Shown: positions 38,001-49,500, counted from the first letter of the stretch. The stretch: 64,000 nucleotides of DNA from a virus (IMGVR_UViG_3300032138_000942:1-64000), one strand, 5' to 3'. Notes: generated by a model not told the origin, from the letters alone. Numbers and translations are program-made.

Positions 38001-39603
38001 CTGGACCCAAGACGCCGATCTTATTTTGGAAGGGCCAATAAGCCAGCCCAGCTTCGACCCTGAAATAGCGATGACCACAAATCCAGTTTTCGTGAGAGAC
38101 TTTACTTACAAACACTTTAACGGTCTCGTTAAAGTAGGCGGCAACACGAAGGACATAGACGGAACAACGAAGGGGAGTGACCTCCCACAGATTCGGAAAG
38201 CCCCAGGCACCCCAGGTCGCCTTGTTGGTAAATTTATGTTTGACGAGATGTGGCCCGGAGGTTCGAAATATCTCCTTAACGAAGAAACTTCAACTAAGCT
38301 GATCACCCAAAACCAACCTCACTCCATGAGTTTATTAAGTAAAGAAGAATTTATATCTTCTTTTAATGAATACAGAAATTCTATTAATGAAATGTACGGA
38401 GAGCTTATATCAGCAGTAACCGATTCGGCACTTTCTTTTCTTGGTTCTGAGGGCACACCAGGCGAAGCCGCATCTATCGAGGGACATGGCATACCTACAA
38501 GCATTATTAAATTAGAAGATATCCCCAACACAAACTATATGAAAGCTATCGATGAAGAAGGGAATGAAAAGACTCTTTACTTCAAGCGGATTAACGTCAG
38601 AGTACCGACTCGATTGTTTCAGGAAAAGGGAAATGAGGACGGAGATTGGTTTAGTTCAAATGAGTTTCATCTGACCAAATCAGGAGTTTCTTACGTTGAC
38701 GACGCCGGGACATTATGCTTTATTGACACAAAAGTGATTCCAGTTATTCGAGTTTATTTAGTGGAGGATCCTTTAGAAGATTACACCGCTCTCCCATATT
38801 ACAATGGCAAATTTGAGCTTCAAAGCAGTTCAGAAAACATTTTAGCAGAGACAAAAATATGTGACATTTTTGAGAACTTCCGTTATGGCTTGAGGTTGTC
38901 ACTCCCAATTGCTCCCGGATTCTCAGGCGAGAAATCATTTGTGTGGCAAAAGAAAACCGAAGATGCTATTTTGTTCTCTTATGGTCTTGGTGTCGAGTCA
39001 GAAGTTAGATTGAGAGACATCTTCAGAGATGCCTTTAACGCTCCCAACGCTTATTTACAAATGTATTATCGAGAGAAAAAATATTTAAACGAACTTATTA
39101 GCGGAGCGGATACGATCACATTTGCCGAAGCTTTTAAAAACAATGAATATATTTCAGATGAGAACCCTGCTGTCCCAGGTCCCGCCATGTTGTTGCCTCT
39201 AGCATCTTATGAGTATTCGCTGGAAGATATAAGGAACTCCGAAAGTGGAATGCCCCTTAAAACAAATTATATGAAAGACGTGTTTAAGAATTTCCCAATT
39301 GAAGCCAATGCCTCCCCTCAAAGCAAGGTGAGCCCCTATTTGGACGCTTCCGAGACATATGGGGAAAAAATGGCATATGAGCTTTATTGTCGATTAACTC
39401 ACGACAATCCTGAATTGAAGAAACTATTTGCGGAAGGACTTAAAGTACAAAATATCGCCAGCTTCTTAACAATTCAAGCCAGAGCACAGCTTCAACTTAA
39501 TTTTGAACAGTATCAGGGGAAGGTTCCATTTAAAGTTACAAAAGATGCTTTACAAAATATTGTTGATTACATAATTAATAATAGAAATGGAGACGATATA
39601 TAA
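32065..39603 (+). CDS. 2512-aa hypothetical protein in the baseplate block
   Basis: uninterrupted ORF with TAATG coupling to the gp25-like gene; no recognised motif. Confidence 0.7.
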   Translation: MSKDKTPYLPYKTDNGDYAVNLAFLCTSDWDRMFTTMNSSSPMLDKLRFHNTSIGEEGTNTDRWMGVSTSQILGAIGSALLCNRYGKDFYDVFSLGVSEERYFQLMKQNSPSDITTIFENLIQTGDYQLSDTRENFPPYPNSVYWHLTGPPSEKVLQRKPDLSNKLALIPDTMYTRDGFPRIQVKYLGINHDLTKAALATPGVDDEDPDNLPPLIELKASVSIVQVIYPKLAFESLPDGDFSQKISILAQSQISGSPIFEGSQKTPYEFAGIPDFEEKMEAVKNLLEYYQEAQTEAALVFSESGAPFDFLAYLSQIDEFKSEVKEHFEINGKSTNSSQKFQITMAVDLKVANYAIDAPLLVTGRNQDLVKKINQVGPTSLEYIDLLGSLREEISKNYLYKGAYMPSEPAGPQVSHQLFEDGKLNRIENLFSQEIYTRFIKTSSGSGPAISWLSSLINSLVYTQDSEDKKGKLPPLYTPSASGPPLSYNPDSLEDTFHPGTHATAEEIFSTTTFLKSVRAQYSTPIKYTNPRLIYFLYHLRSLVKMSEKTFSAIHGGCVADMKSKAEAMRTAAKLISDTSTMTPAQLAEQDPGQAAADELKDAELQEPLDPSVFAKRYFQWPQRVDNSYVIPSRAWMVPNSPLVTNPETYKGIRVSLVDELSNKEKIKIIETVRNQPPQTTVPEVLKKRLALQGISPNRRLTSLSLGGASSFINSKGEFEFSYDINDLMAKRNRSAADQIGDELFKITPRAPAKIRNLDDAYKFFLAKLDLASIAREALKCTFLKHSLDDVIEMMCDELLEKFFGMFGSDPDEFVKELNRIKAKQYKAGPLDLTYSVQQVLKDLEDKFREWSQAQMVQMSENIVGEKADAVDSSKPPPVGSPSFYASVSSGFDGSTKRMLCELLIGGAMGVINLLGTLFKKLDETPTTEELNRPGNELKFKECDFSLSLDLPDRLPHWSKILESILVQVEGLARDYVEQFVIIPLRNSLLEILSCNESDDASVDDFLDESSLDALFGALSTDPELTRLLKLYVKDVLGNLTILESCGLLKGEPSTNAMGVCSMVLTFEKYSTSELQTLLSTEGNKINFFKSMGEKADFEVCRVMAAIGQTSDLCRESPSPSVVRLRTMLASYGFSPEEVDYQMSLEAEQDKAKLKHTLTAFFGSPENIVSPSQIQDIVSRSDALTKINTKALSQVMDPINIAMRNYDYNDFQTGYPYVVGRKHLTQLQDNVANDPSQSNQDALDSFLADLQNNGWTGATQFMKLIGLWKYDKLEGANTDVSVSIQKNNISIDNYDYHEEKVLGDPVQLANSIYGLSQISEFLANIYGSSFIDPFFSIDTSQLDPQKADTYSANFRWIGEGVAEVFKNYVASTSDAETTDSLVRSLTQMPFSDFILDVDNLKPIISNLSSQNFRELPEGGDVPPTHLYDAVFEGVVVLYTRIFLVELMLSAPYIYKVFSPERILDSCMVRDYIAKEMYPDLGEGFNKIKEQLARISATYLVPKTNVNINYEASLAQLNQLSAEFFNKLKNTPCKAVESHQQAVPLSFEDSQKVFNYVDAGDTMLFQNSLLENEEKFVFEKYCTFDKVNIDQLTSTQVQALSSTGILNTQNTAKQVLSEKDLFKVYKILYDQTDWSSESHRNLIPLGFYVDESTAPGWEIRNEAAEGRNKNLFYSPNFQTYKMWYGLMAQKYFRTLILQFGNGPVDPKPKPGVEGAKAWPSSWFEMMPIEEWKEGESVYEAYPGHLQDFVYDPSISVIGSGLSSKGFSTQAIIAKLLNYETSFSDFIGYEDLDSPDKLLGEGIGLGLYEIPYDAFATQLQNPGDLTEEEFNLAKVQIETLYWLPLIGATKLSELGYDVESMYESLKPPPPTPEQIAAMEGVKIADIRDLFLRIEREFFPESNSSINNFKVEILKNVDDEWDMDGPRDKTFKKYYNPEDYTHNEWYADREVKEKWLYKMFFPNYYRRHDGVNVAPRAVFRTEDWTQDADLILEGPISQPSFDPEIAMTTNPVFVRDFTYKHFNGLVKVGGNTKDIDGTTKGSDLPQIRKAPGTPGRLVGKFMFDEMWPGGSKYLLNEETSTKLITQNQPHSMSLLSKEEFISSFNEYRNSINEMYGELISAVTDSALSFLGSEGTPGEAASIEGHGIPTSIIKLEDIPNTNYMKAIDEEGNEKTLYFKRINVRVPTRLFQEKGNEDGDWFSSNEFHLTKSGVSYVDDAGTLCFIDTKVIPVIRVYLVEDPLEDYTALPYYNGKFELQSSSENILAETKICDIFENFRYGLRLSLPIAPGFSGEKSFVWQKKTEDAILFSYGLGVESEVRLRDIFRDAFNAPNAYLQMYYREKKYLNELISGADTITFAEAFKNNEYISDENPAVPGPAMLLPLASYEYSLEDIRNSESGMPLKTNYMKDVFKNFPIEANASPQSKVSPYLDASETYGEKMAYELYCRLTHDNPELKKLFAEGLKVQNIASFLTIQARAQLQLNFEQYQGKVPFKVTKDALQNIVDYIINNRNGDDI

Positions 39604-39998
39604 TGGCTTATGGAGTATCAGTTCAATTGCCGCTTTCTTTAGATGTGAACGACGGGGCGTATACGCTCAATAAAGATGTCAAACAAAGCGTCAAGCAAAA
39701 TTTTAAAAACCTTATTTTAACAGCACCCGGTGAGAGGATCATGGACCCAGGTTTTGGGGTGGGGATTAGAAACTATCTATTTGAGAATAGCGACGACTTT
39801 ACTTCAGATGATATTAAATCTAAAATTAATGAGCAGGTCGGCATTTATTTGCCATTCATTAGCATTCTCGAAATTCGAATTGCCAATGCTCAAAACGTAG
39901 CTCCTCTCTCTGATCTTGGACGAAACGAGATCCATGTGAGTATTGTTTACCATATAAAACAGCTTAACGCTTCCGATACATTAGACATAAAATTTTGA
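39603..39998 (+). CDS. baseplate wedge / sheath initiator (T4 gp25-like)
   Basis: QN.KNLILT.PGER.M.P.FG......LFE. Confidence 0.9.
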   Translation: MAYGVSVQLPLSLDVNDGAYTLNKDVKQSVKQNFKNLILTAPGERIMDPGFGVGIRNYLFENSDDFTSDDIKSKINEQVGIYLPFISILEIRIANAQNVAPLSDLGRNEIHVSIVYHIKQLNASDTLDIKF

Positions 39999-40003
39999 TT
40001 TAA

Positions 40004-40010
40004 CTAATTA
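40004..40010 (+). promoter_or_regulatory. candidate late promoter CTAATTA
   Basis: In a 39-bp gap, 27 nt before the ATG at 40038. Confidence 0.6.
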
Positions 40011-40037
40011 TTTTGTGTTTTGGAGATAAATTAAGTC

Positions 40038-41870
40038 ATGGCTAAAAAAGATGTGCCCATAAGATATACGAGTAGAGATTACGATAGCATTAGAAATGAT
40101 CTTCTGGATCATGCGAAGAGATATTATTCTTCGAACTATAAAGATTTTAACGAGGCCACATTTGGGGCGATGATGGTGGATGCTGTTGCTTACATCGGTG
40201 ACATCTTATCGTTTTACACTGATTATCAGGCCAACGAATCCTTTTTTGACACCGCTATTGAATACGAAAATGTGGTAAAACAGGCTCGACAATTAGGTTA
40301 TAAGTTTAATTATACAGCTATAGCCACAGGAAAAATAGATATATTCTTGTCCATTCCAGCCAATAACATGGGGGGAATAGATTCTACATATTTGCCTGTT
40401 TTGAAGCGTGGAACAACTATGTCCGCCGGAAATAACACTTATACTTTAATGGAAGACGTAGACTTTGGCGATACTGATCTTATTTCTCAGGCTGTGGGGA
40501 CCGTTAATCAAACCACAGGCCTGGTAGAAACATTTGCTGTCCGAGCGACTGGGAGGGTCATTTCGGGAGAGCTATCTTATATGACTTACGACGTGGGAAA
40601 CTTTCGAAAGTTTCTATCAGTCGATATTGAGAATTCGAATGTAGTGGAAGTGCTGGAAGTCACCGATTCAGAAGGACACAAATATATAGAGGTCGAAAAT
40701 TTAGCTCAAAATGTGGTTTACAAGGCCATCAAGAGTAAGCGAACAGATAAAAACTTGGCACCCTATCTTCTTAAGCCCTTTATGGCGAGCAGAAGATTCA
40801 CCGTGGAAAAGTCACGATTTAAGACCACGCTCCAATTTGGTCATGGGTCTGATAGTGAAATCAAAAATCCTTCCGTAGCTGACCCAAGCGATGTGATTCT
40901 GGATGTCTATGGAAAGGAATATGTTTCGGACCCCTCTTTTGATCCCGCTAAGCTTAACTCGACTGACAAGTTCGGAATAGCTCCGGCCAACACCACCCTT
41001 TCGATCAGCTATCGGGTTGCCACGAGCGAGAATATGAACGCTGCCCCTGGAGCGATAACTCAGGTTGGAAATGCAGTTTTTGAATTTGATGTTAATCAAA
41101 CTTTAACTGGCCCTAACACCCAGTTGGTTCGAGGAAGTATTGAGGTAAACAATCCCGAAGCTATAGTGGGAGACTCTACTCTTCCCACAATCGACGAATT
41201 AAAAATGCTGGCCAAAAACCATTTTGCCGCCCAGAATAGAGCAGTAACTAAACAGGACTATATTAGTTTGACATATGCTATGCCAAGCAAGTTTGGCGCT
41301 GTAAAAAGAGCCAGCGTTGTTCAGGATACAGATTCATTTAAGCGAAACCTTAATTTATATGCTATTTGCCAAGACGTTAATAACAACTTGATTACGGCCA
41401 CTGGCACTATTAAAGAAAACTTAAAAACGTGGTTGAATAACTATAAAATGATTAACGACACGATTGATTTGTTGGACGCTCAAATTATAAATATTGGTAT
41501 TAATTTTTCCCTTGTGGGAGAAAGGAATGTCGACCCAACAGATCTTTTACTTTCATGCCGCTCTCAACTAACCCAATTATATGCCGAAAAGTTTAATATT
41601 GGAGAGCCGCTTAATATAGCCGAGGTTTACCAGACCCTTAATCGGGTAGAAGGGGTAATCGACACCACGGATGTCACGATAGTTAAGAAAACTGGCACCA
41701 ATTATGCTGACACCAAATATAATGTAGACGAGCATATGTCGGAAGATGGAAGGCTTTTGTTCGTTCCTCAAGATACAATTTTAGAAATTAAATTTATGGC
41801 ATCGGATATAGTCGGAGATGTGATTGGCAAGAACGTCGATGCCTTTAAATCCGGCGGAGGAACAACATAG
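40038..41870 (+). CDS. baseplate wedge protein (T4 gp6-like)
   Basis: YTSRDYDSIR..L, DF.E...G.M, NESF.DTA, A..LGYK, QFG.G, AQNRAVT.QDY. Confidence 0.9.
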   Translation: MAKKDVPIRYTSRDYDSIRNDLLDHAKRYYSSNYKDFNEATFGAMMVDAVAYIGDILSFYTDYQANESFFDTAIEYENVVKQARQLGYKFNYTAIATGKIDIFLSIPANNMGGIDSTYLPVLKRGTTMSAGNNTYTLMEDVDFGDTDLISQAVGTVNQTTGLVETFAVRATGRVISGELSYMTYDVGNFRKFLSVDIENSNVVEVLEVTDSEGHKYIEVENLAQNVVYKAIKSKRTDKNLAPYLLKPFMASRRFTVEKSRFKTTLQFGHGSDSEIKNPSVADPSDVILDVYGKEYVSDPSFDPAKLNSTDKFGIAPANTTLSISYRVATSENMNAAPGAITQVGNAVFEFDVNQTLTGPNTQLVRGSIEVNNPEAIVGDSTLPTIDELKMLAKNHFAAQNRAVTKQDYISLTYAMPSKFGAVKRASVVQDTDSFKRNLNLYAICQDVNNNLITATGTIKENLKTWLNNYKMINDTIDLLDAQIINIGINFSLVGERNVDPTDLLLSCRSQLTQLYAEKFNIGEPLNIAEVYQTLNRVEGVIDTTDVTIVKKTGTNYADTKYNVDEHMSEDGRLLFVPQDTILEIKFMASDIVGDVIGKNVDAFKSGGGTT

Positions 41871-41875
41871 TAAAA

Positions 41876-43507
41876 ATGAGTATTAAACGCTACATAGCTG
41901 ACGCTGACAACACAATTACGAACGCCTTTAAGGCTAGTCTTACCACTCGTGGAACAGGCTCTAATATGGGCGCCTCTGACGTTTTAGAGGTATTCTCAAT
42001 TTACGGACAAGTATCCAGTTCTGCGCCAGTTGGCTATACTGAGGAATTGGCGAGAATTCTCATTCGCTTTCCAGTTGATGATATCGCCACAGATCGAACT
42101 AATAAAAATATACCAGCCAGTGGAAATGTTTCTTTTTTCCTTAGAATGTACAATGCCAAACACTCTTTTACATTGCCCACTGACATGAAATTGGTTGTTG
42201 CCCCACTTAAGCAGTATTGGGAAGAAGGCTTCGGTCTGGATATGGAAGAATATACTGATCTCACATATGATGGCTCAGGGTCTAACTGGCTTAGAAGGGC
42301 CACCTCTTCTGCAGGAACCCTGAGTTGGGACGGGATCGGAGGAGACTATTACGATCATACCCATCTGGGAACCAACTACACCGTCAACTTTGCTCATGGG
42401 TGGGAAGACATGGAGGTGGATATATCCGGACTAGTTGAGGAGTGGATTGCTGGCACCAAAACCAATCATGGAATAATTATAAAGCTTACTGGATCACAGG
42501 AAGCCTTTTCGGACACCGAGAGTTCAACCGCTGTTCTCCTTAACGACACGGGCTCTAAACGATCTTACTATACTAAAAGATTTTTCGCTCGAACAAGTGA
42601 ATATTTCTTTAAGCGCCCTTGTATTGAGGCTCGCTTCGATGAGTCGATTAAAGATGATCGAGGAAATTTTTATTATAGTAGCTCGTTAGCACCAAAAGAT
42701 GATAATGTGAGTCACCTTTATCTTTATAATTACGTGAGAGGTAAACTGGCCGACATCCCAGGTATTTCTTCGGATTACAAGGGAGAGATCTATGTCTCTT
42801 TCTTCTCGGGGAATTTGGCCAACTCGGCAGCCACCGAGAAGGGAGGCCCCATTGAGTGTGTGGATACCACGGGGTTCGTAAACCAGCCGAATCCGTATGT
42901 CGTGTCAGGCGGCTATGTTTCTACTGGAATTTATTCTGCTTCAGTATGCCTCACGGCAGCATCCGATCCTTTAACACGGATCTACGATGTCTGGTTCACG
43001 GGCAGCATCCAGGTCGGAAACCCGACTATGGACAATGCTATAATTTTTAAAACAGGAAGTTTTGTGCCGAACATTTTGAGTAGTTCCCCCATTTATGAGA
43101 CACCTCGTTACAGCACTAAAATTACTAACTTAAAAACACTTTATGGATCTAATGAGAAGCCTCGTTTGAGAGCGTTTGTCAGAACCGTCGGAGAAGATTA
43201 CAATATTTACACCAGAGTTAACGCCGAGGCACAAAATACTATTATTGAAGACGCTTGTTATAAGGTTTACAGATTGACTGACGATTTAACGGCAGTAAGC
43301 TACGGAACCGGCTCCTCTCCTGGTGTAACAGGGTCAAAAGAAGATTATACTCGCCTTTCTTTTGACGTTTCAGGGGGGTATTTCGACTTTGATATGTCCC
43401 TCCTTGAAAAGGGATATGGTTATGGTATTAAATTCGCTTACTATAACGGAATAGAGTATTTAGAACAACCGGAGATTTTTAAATTTAGGATCGAAGACAA
43501 GTCATGA
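41876..43507 (+). CDS. baseplate/tail-associated structural protein, TGS/SGS-rich
   Basis: beta-rich ORF following gp6-like; ADxDNTI, RILIRF, WEEG.G motifs. Confidence 0.65.
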   Translation: MSIKRYIADADNTITNAFKASLTTRGTGSNMGASDVLEVFSIYGQVSSSAPVGYTEELARILIRFPVDDIATDRTNKNIPASGNVSFFLRMYNAKHSFTLPTDMKLVVAPLKQYWEEGFGLDMEEYTDLTYDGSGSNWLRRATSSAGTLSWDGIGGDYYDHTHLGTNYTVNFAHGWEDMEVDISGLVEEWIAGTKTNHGIIIKLTGSQEAFSDTESSTAVLLNDTGSKRSYYTKRFFARTSEYFFKRPCIEARFDESIKDDRGNFYYSSSLAPKDDNVSHLYLYNYVRGKLADIPGISSDYKGEIYVSFFSGNLANSAATEKGGPIECVDTTGFVNQPNPYVVSGGYVSTGIYSASVCLTAASDPLTRIYDVWFTGSIQVGNPTMDNAIIFKTGSFVPNILSSSPIYETPRYSTKITNLKTLYGSNEKPRLRAFVRTVGEDYNIYTRVNAEAQNTIIEDACYKVYRLTDDLTAVSYGTGSSPGVTGSKEDYTRLSFDVSGGYFDFDMSLLEKGYGYGIKFAYYNGIEYLEQPEIFKFRIEDKS

Positions 43508-46500
43508 GTTTAAAAGACTTATTTAAGCAAGGAAATATTTCAAAAATTCTTGTGGCTAAAAGTGCCGAAGAGATCGGAAAAGAAGCCGAATCCGAGAGAT
43601 ATGTGTGGTCCAGAAAAGAAGAGAGAAACCGCCTTATTCCTCAAATCGACTTCTCGGATCCAAAAAACTTTGCTAAATTTGGTTCTGCTGAAGAATATTA
43701 TGTTCAATCGATTAAGAGAATATACAGCACCTATCCATATGATGGGTCTCGTTATGAAAAGCAGGCTTGGGAAAATAGCTCTTCTTATTTAGACTTATAT
43801 GTTTTCGAGGAGCTTTATCCACGAACCACAGGGCATGCCATCTTTTCTCCCGATAATGCCGGAAACGGATGGGGAACTATTTCCAACACCATTGGACAAT
43901 ACGACCTTCCTTCAGATCAAGAATATATCTTTTTCAAAGGTGGCCCTCATCCTAACCGGAATAGTTCAAAAATTAAAGAAGCCTTCCCCAATTTAGAAAC
44001 CCGGCAGTCGGGAAATGTTGGAGCCAATTTATATGAGTTAGCCGATCACAGAGAATCCAACCTTAAAATTGGAGGAATCGACGGGAACACAGTTGAATTT
44101 TGGCTTAAAAAGCCCAATCTCTTGCCGGATATTAATGACGGAGGCTTTGAAGTTCTCTTTGATTGTTACACCACAAGCAGCGTTTCTTCCAGCACTGACT
44201 ATGCCAGACTGAGAATTGAAATTTCCGGAGCGACCACCGACGACGCTACTGTGGGGGCGACGAGTGGTTCTCCGTTTTATGTTACTTATATGTCGGGAAC
44301 TAATGGCCTCCATCGAGAGCAAATCGGAAACATCACCGCGGAAGATGTGGCTGATGAGAAATGGCACCATTACGCCCTCACATTTAAGAATACGGGAGCT
44401 TTAGGCCCTGTCGAAGATCAACTACCTCCTATTTGGCAAAATAATAGAAAAGATATTCAAGTCAACTTTTATGTAGATGGTCGCTATGATGCCGGAATCG
44501 TTACAGGTTCTAGCGTAGATTATGTAAGTGGCGCCCTGGTGGCAAACATCGGATCCCTCGTGGCAGCGCCCTCGGCCTCCGGCATGACAGACTCGGCAGT
44601 CTTTTCGGCTACCCCTGGTAATGGCACCCTTGTGGATATGGGGTTTATGAAAGGTTATGGAAAACTATCAGGATCTCTGGACGAATTCCGATTTTGGAAG
44701 GAGGGGCGAACAGCGAGAGAAGTTGGATTAAACTGGAAAAGCCCGATTGGTGCCGGAACAAACTTGGATCTGGCCAACACCCAACTCGGAGTCTATTATA
44801 AGTTCAACGAAGGAATAACCCAAACCTCAAGTGTCGACTCGACGGTTATCGACTATTCGGGCCGTGTAACAAACGGCTACTGGACAGGCTATGTGGAAGC
44901 CGCTCGTGCCACAGGTTCGGCAATTGTAGAGTCTTCAGCTTCTGCAGAAGAATTTAAAGACCCAATTTTATACTCTTTCCACCCTAAAGTGGACAGCTTA
45001 GAGTATCATAAAAAATATGAGGGACGAGCTTACGACCTTAACAACCCCGGTAGTTTCTATAGAATGTTTCCGGACTGGATTCTGTCGGAGGACTCCGAAA
45101 GCGGACAGAATTTATTAAAATTAACACAGATAATGTCGAGTTATTTCGACACCTTATATCTACAACTGAAACAACTCCCGGCCATTAAAAATGTCCAATA
45201 TTTAAGCTCTAGTGTTGGGGCAACCGGAAGTTACAAACCTCTTCCTTTTATGGATCGAGTCTTGGAATCTCAAGGTTTTGTTACAGCCGACATGTTTGCT
45301 GACGCCACAATTATAGAAAAATATCTTGATAAAGATGATCACAAACTCTTCACTGAAAAACTGTCGGATATCAAAAATCTAATTTATCAAAACATTCATA
45401 ACAACCTTGTGAACATTTACAAAACTAAAGGAACAGAAAACTCTTTTAGAAACTTTATTCGATGCTTTGGAATAGACGAAGATTTAATTCAGTTAAACAT
45501 CTACACCAATAATCAATCATATGAAATAAAACAAAATTATCGATATCGCTCTGAACGTAAAAATTATATTGACTTCGGAACTTATGGAGATCATGAAGCG
45601 GCTGTATATCAATTTAAATCAGGATCTGCTAGTTCGGGCTTTCTTTCGGCTTCCAAGACAGCGTTTTCGGAATCGGGCATGTCTCAAACTTTTGAGTGTG
45701 AGCTTATTGCTCCGCCACCTCCAAACCCCACAGTTCAGGGAGTCTCTCTATATCCCTATATTACTTCCTCAGTTTTTGGAGTTCAGCAGGTTAATTATTC
45801 CGCGGACGGGACTGTCGATGAAGACGACACCAGTTGGGAGCTTGGTCGAACAGAAGATGATTACGCCAACTTCCAGGTATTTATAGCTCGTCCTGGAGTG
45901 GGCTCAACAACAGGCAAGTTTGTCTTAACAGGCTCAAACGCCAGCGGAATTACAGAACTCACCAGTAGCTATTATGTAGATTTGTATGATGATCGAAAAT
46001 GGAATCTCGCCGTTAGAGTTGTGCCCAAGGCTAGTCCATGGATGGACACCGTGTCGGGAAGCGAACCCCAAGGGGACGAGGATGGTCTTGGATATCGAGT
46101 AGAATTTTATGGGGTAAATTATGATGCTAATACCGTGAGGGACAGTTTTTATTTGACCGCATCTTTAGCCCCACAAGCATCATCGGCTGATACGAATGAT
46201 GCCCGAGGAGATGGCTTCTTACAAAACGGCAAACGAATGTATATCGGAGCTTTAAGGACTAACTTTACAGGAGCAGTGGTTCAACGAACAGACCTCAAAA
46301 TCTCTTCGACGAGAGCCTGGATGGGGAATATTTCCAATGAAGTTGTTAACGCCCATGCTATTGATGCTTCTAACATCGGAACTCTACGCCCTTATGAAAG
46401 CGCCTATTTGTTTGAAAACAGTGCCTCTTACGCCCTCAGCCCGGTGAGCCCGATGTCAAAAACAAACCAGGGAAGCAACCAATATGTCCCAAGTATCGCC

Positions 46501-49500
46501 ACTTTAGCTCTTAACTGGGACTTTAAAACGCTTACTGGCTCTTCAGGCGGCGGAACGTTCTCAGTATTGGACGCTTCTTCTGGATCTACGGCAGATATCG
46601 GTCGTTATGGTTGGTTAGGAAATATTCTAGAAATGCAACACCCAGGAAAGGGAAGCTTTTTCCGAAACAGTCAAACTAACGTTGTCGACACAAATTACTT
46701 AAACTCGGCCAAACAACTTGACCCTGAATCAGTTAATAGCTTGGATATGGTTGAAATATTAAGTCGAGATGACACTTATTTCACCCGAGAGACTCGGCCC
46801 ATTAACTATTATTTCATGCTTGAAAAAAGTATGTATCGAACCATTACGGAGCAGATGTTGAATTATTTCGGAACGATTAAGGATTTTAATGACTTAATCG
46901 GAAGTCCGGTTTATCGCTACAGGAAAGAGTATAAAGCGATGGAAAAACTTCGACAGCTTTTCTTTGAGAAAGTTGGGAACACACCGGATCTCGATAAGTA
47001 TATTGAGTATTATCGATGGCTTGACTCCGCAATTGGAACCATGGCTGAACAACTTTACCCAGCTTCAGCAGACCACACCCAAGGCCTCAAAACAGTTATT
47101 GAAAGCCATGTTTTAGAGAGGAACAAGTATCAGTATAAGTATCCCTCCATCGAACGAGGACGAGACTATGATAAAATCGGAGAAGGGGAGTCCCAAATCC
47201 GATTTGCCGCTGGGCAAACAATGAGAGAGACGGTGGGTAACTGGTTTACTTATGGATATCCCATAAAACTAAATCCTCTTGACCTTGCCGCGGCCCCCAA
47301 CTGGTGGAACGCCCGAGCAGAAAGAGACAAAACACCAGAAATTACTTCGGGAGTGGCCAGTGTTGATGTTCTAAGGGAAATATATAGAAAAATTATCTAT
47401 AACCCCAAGACTTTGGCTTTAGGGGCGTACAACTACAGAAGAGGGACAAAAACTAATTTAAATGATGTTTATAATCCCCCCACGGCCAAGTCCGGACCAT
47501 CCAGAGCTTATCCTCAAACTCGTCTAACTCACGGTTTCGCCAATGGGGCGAACTCATTTAGAGACAGCAGTTCAGATCTTATCAAGCCAGATCTTCAACT
47601 TGAGTCCGGCTCCGTCCCTGACCTGAGATATAATCAGTCACCAGATGTTCAACCAAGCCCCCTTCATGACGTCGATGTTAATCTTGAAAGGTTCCCTAAA
47701 ATTAAAATTGAGCCGAAAATAAATATATTAGATGAGGAGCGAGCAGAACGAAATCAAATTAAAACGATGGAAGGGCTCCCCTCTTTGTATAGTAGTAGTC
47801 TGGGCCTTCGGTTTGCCAATATTCAGCAAGATGTCTCTCATGGCGCTGAGGTCCCCCTCCAAGGTCCTTTTGTAAAAAAATATGTTGGAGGATACGAAAG
47901 TCGGAATGTGCCGATCAGCACAGCATCTCAAGGCTCCTCGGATAGAATCGAAAGATTTAGAATCTCCGCGCCCGCCAGTGATCTAGTTGCTTCAACTGCC
48001 GCTTCTTTGGCTGATATTTTAACATTAGCTGGCTTCAGCGATAATGATAAATTTACAGTTAACATACCCTCCGCCATGGGAGGCACCGGCACAGATATAA
48101 CTATCAAAATGGTGGGTGGAACCCCATCAGCCGCCACCTCGAACCAAGTAGAAATTAGCACAGCGGGAACCGTCGCCGCAATTCTTGCCCGATTTGTTAT
48201 TGCTATTGCTGGAGGCACTCCGTCGCCTTCCACCTCTGTCGCATATGGAGCGGGATCCGGCGATGTAACTAATGGTGTGGCAGGCATCACCGCCGCCCTC
48301 GGGACCAGCCCGACGCTAACTGTAACTGCAACTAATACGGGACGAGCAGGAAATGACATTATTTTCACAGATGTTGTGGGAACAATGGTCGCTGGTGGAT
48401 CCCACGGATCATCCCCGGCCTATCTGATCGGTGGCGTCGGCGGCGATGTTTATATTTACCCCCCAACCAAGACAAACGCTGGCGTTGAGAACTTACACTT
48501 GCCTCGTGCTGATATTAATCGAGGAACTCGACGACCTTACAATATTCGTAATATCCAACAATTAACAGCTTCCGCCTTACAAACATCGACGGTGCTCGGA
48601 AATTACGAAGAGAACTATCAAATTGTAATGACATCAGGTCGAAGCATCAACGACCCATGGTTTGCTAAAAACTCCGGCAGCATCGGAAGCACCACTCCTG
48701 AGATGCCATTTTTAACTGGAACATTGAATTATGAAATTCCAGTGAGAACAGTTGTTAAATCAATTATAGTGGAGCGCTTTTCTAGTCCGGGAGGGTTTGA
48801 AGTTCAATCACTTGGCTATCTCGACCCTCAAGCTGAAGAAAAATCTGTCTACAACGCGTTACCCTTCAAGAATCGAATGGTTCTAAACGGATCAGGCAGT
48901 TCAGATTGGACAACCACAGAAGACAACGACAGAACTCATTTAGGAATTTATACAAACATTCATTCCGCTTCCGGCGATGGTTATAATCTACTCTCTAGTC
49001 GCCATTGTGGCAAATTCGGAATTGATAGTGTTTATGGAACGATCCGAGCCAATGACTATGACACCGTTCCATCATATCAGAACGTTCCTCGAAACACCTT
49101 ACACACTCTTAAATATAGTAATACGGCCTTCAGTGACGCTCTTGTGGAGTACAACTCTCTAAACTACATCACCGCCTCAGTTTATAATAACCTCTTTTAT
49201 AATGCCCCCATTCCCCAAAGTGAGCTTCAATATGCTTGGATCAGCGCATCATTAGAAAGCGCTTCTATTCACCCGTTGGTGGGCTATACATCAAATGGTC
49301 GAGTGTTTAACGGGCTAGTATCGGGATCCAATGGGTTTGAAGATCCCATTCACTTTTATAAAGGAGAGGAAGCCTCAGCTTATTACGGCGGATATCCCTC
49401 CGATTTGGTCGGCCTTAATACTTTAGTGGTCGACACTATTTTAACAGCAAGTAATCTTATCTCAGCATCGACGACCACAGATTATAGAAACACCGCTTTC

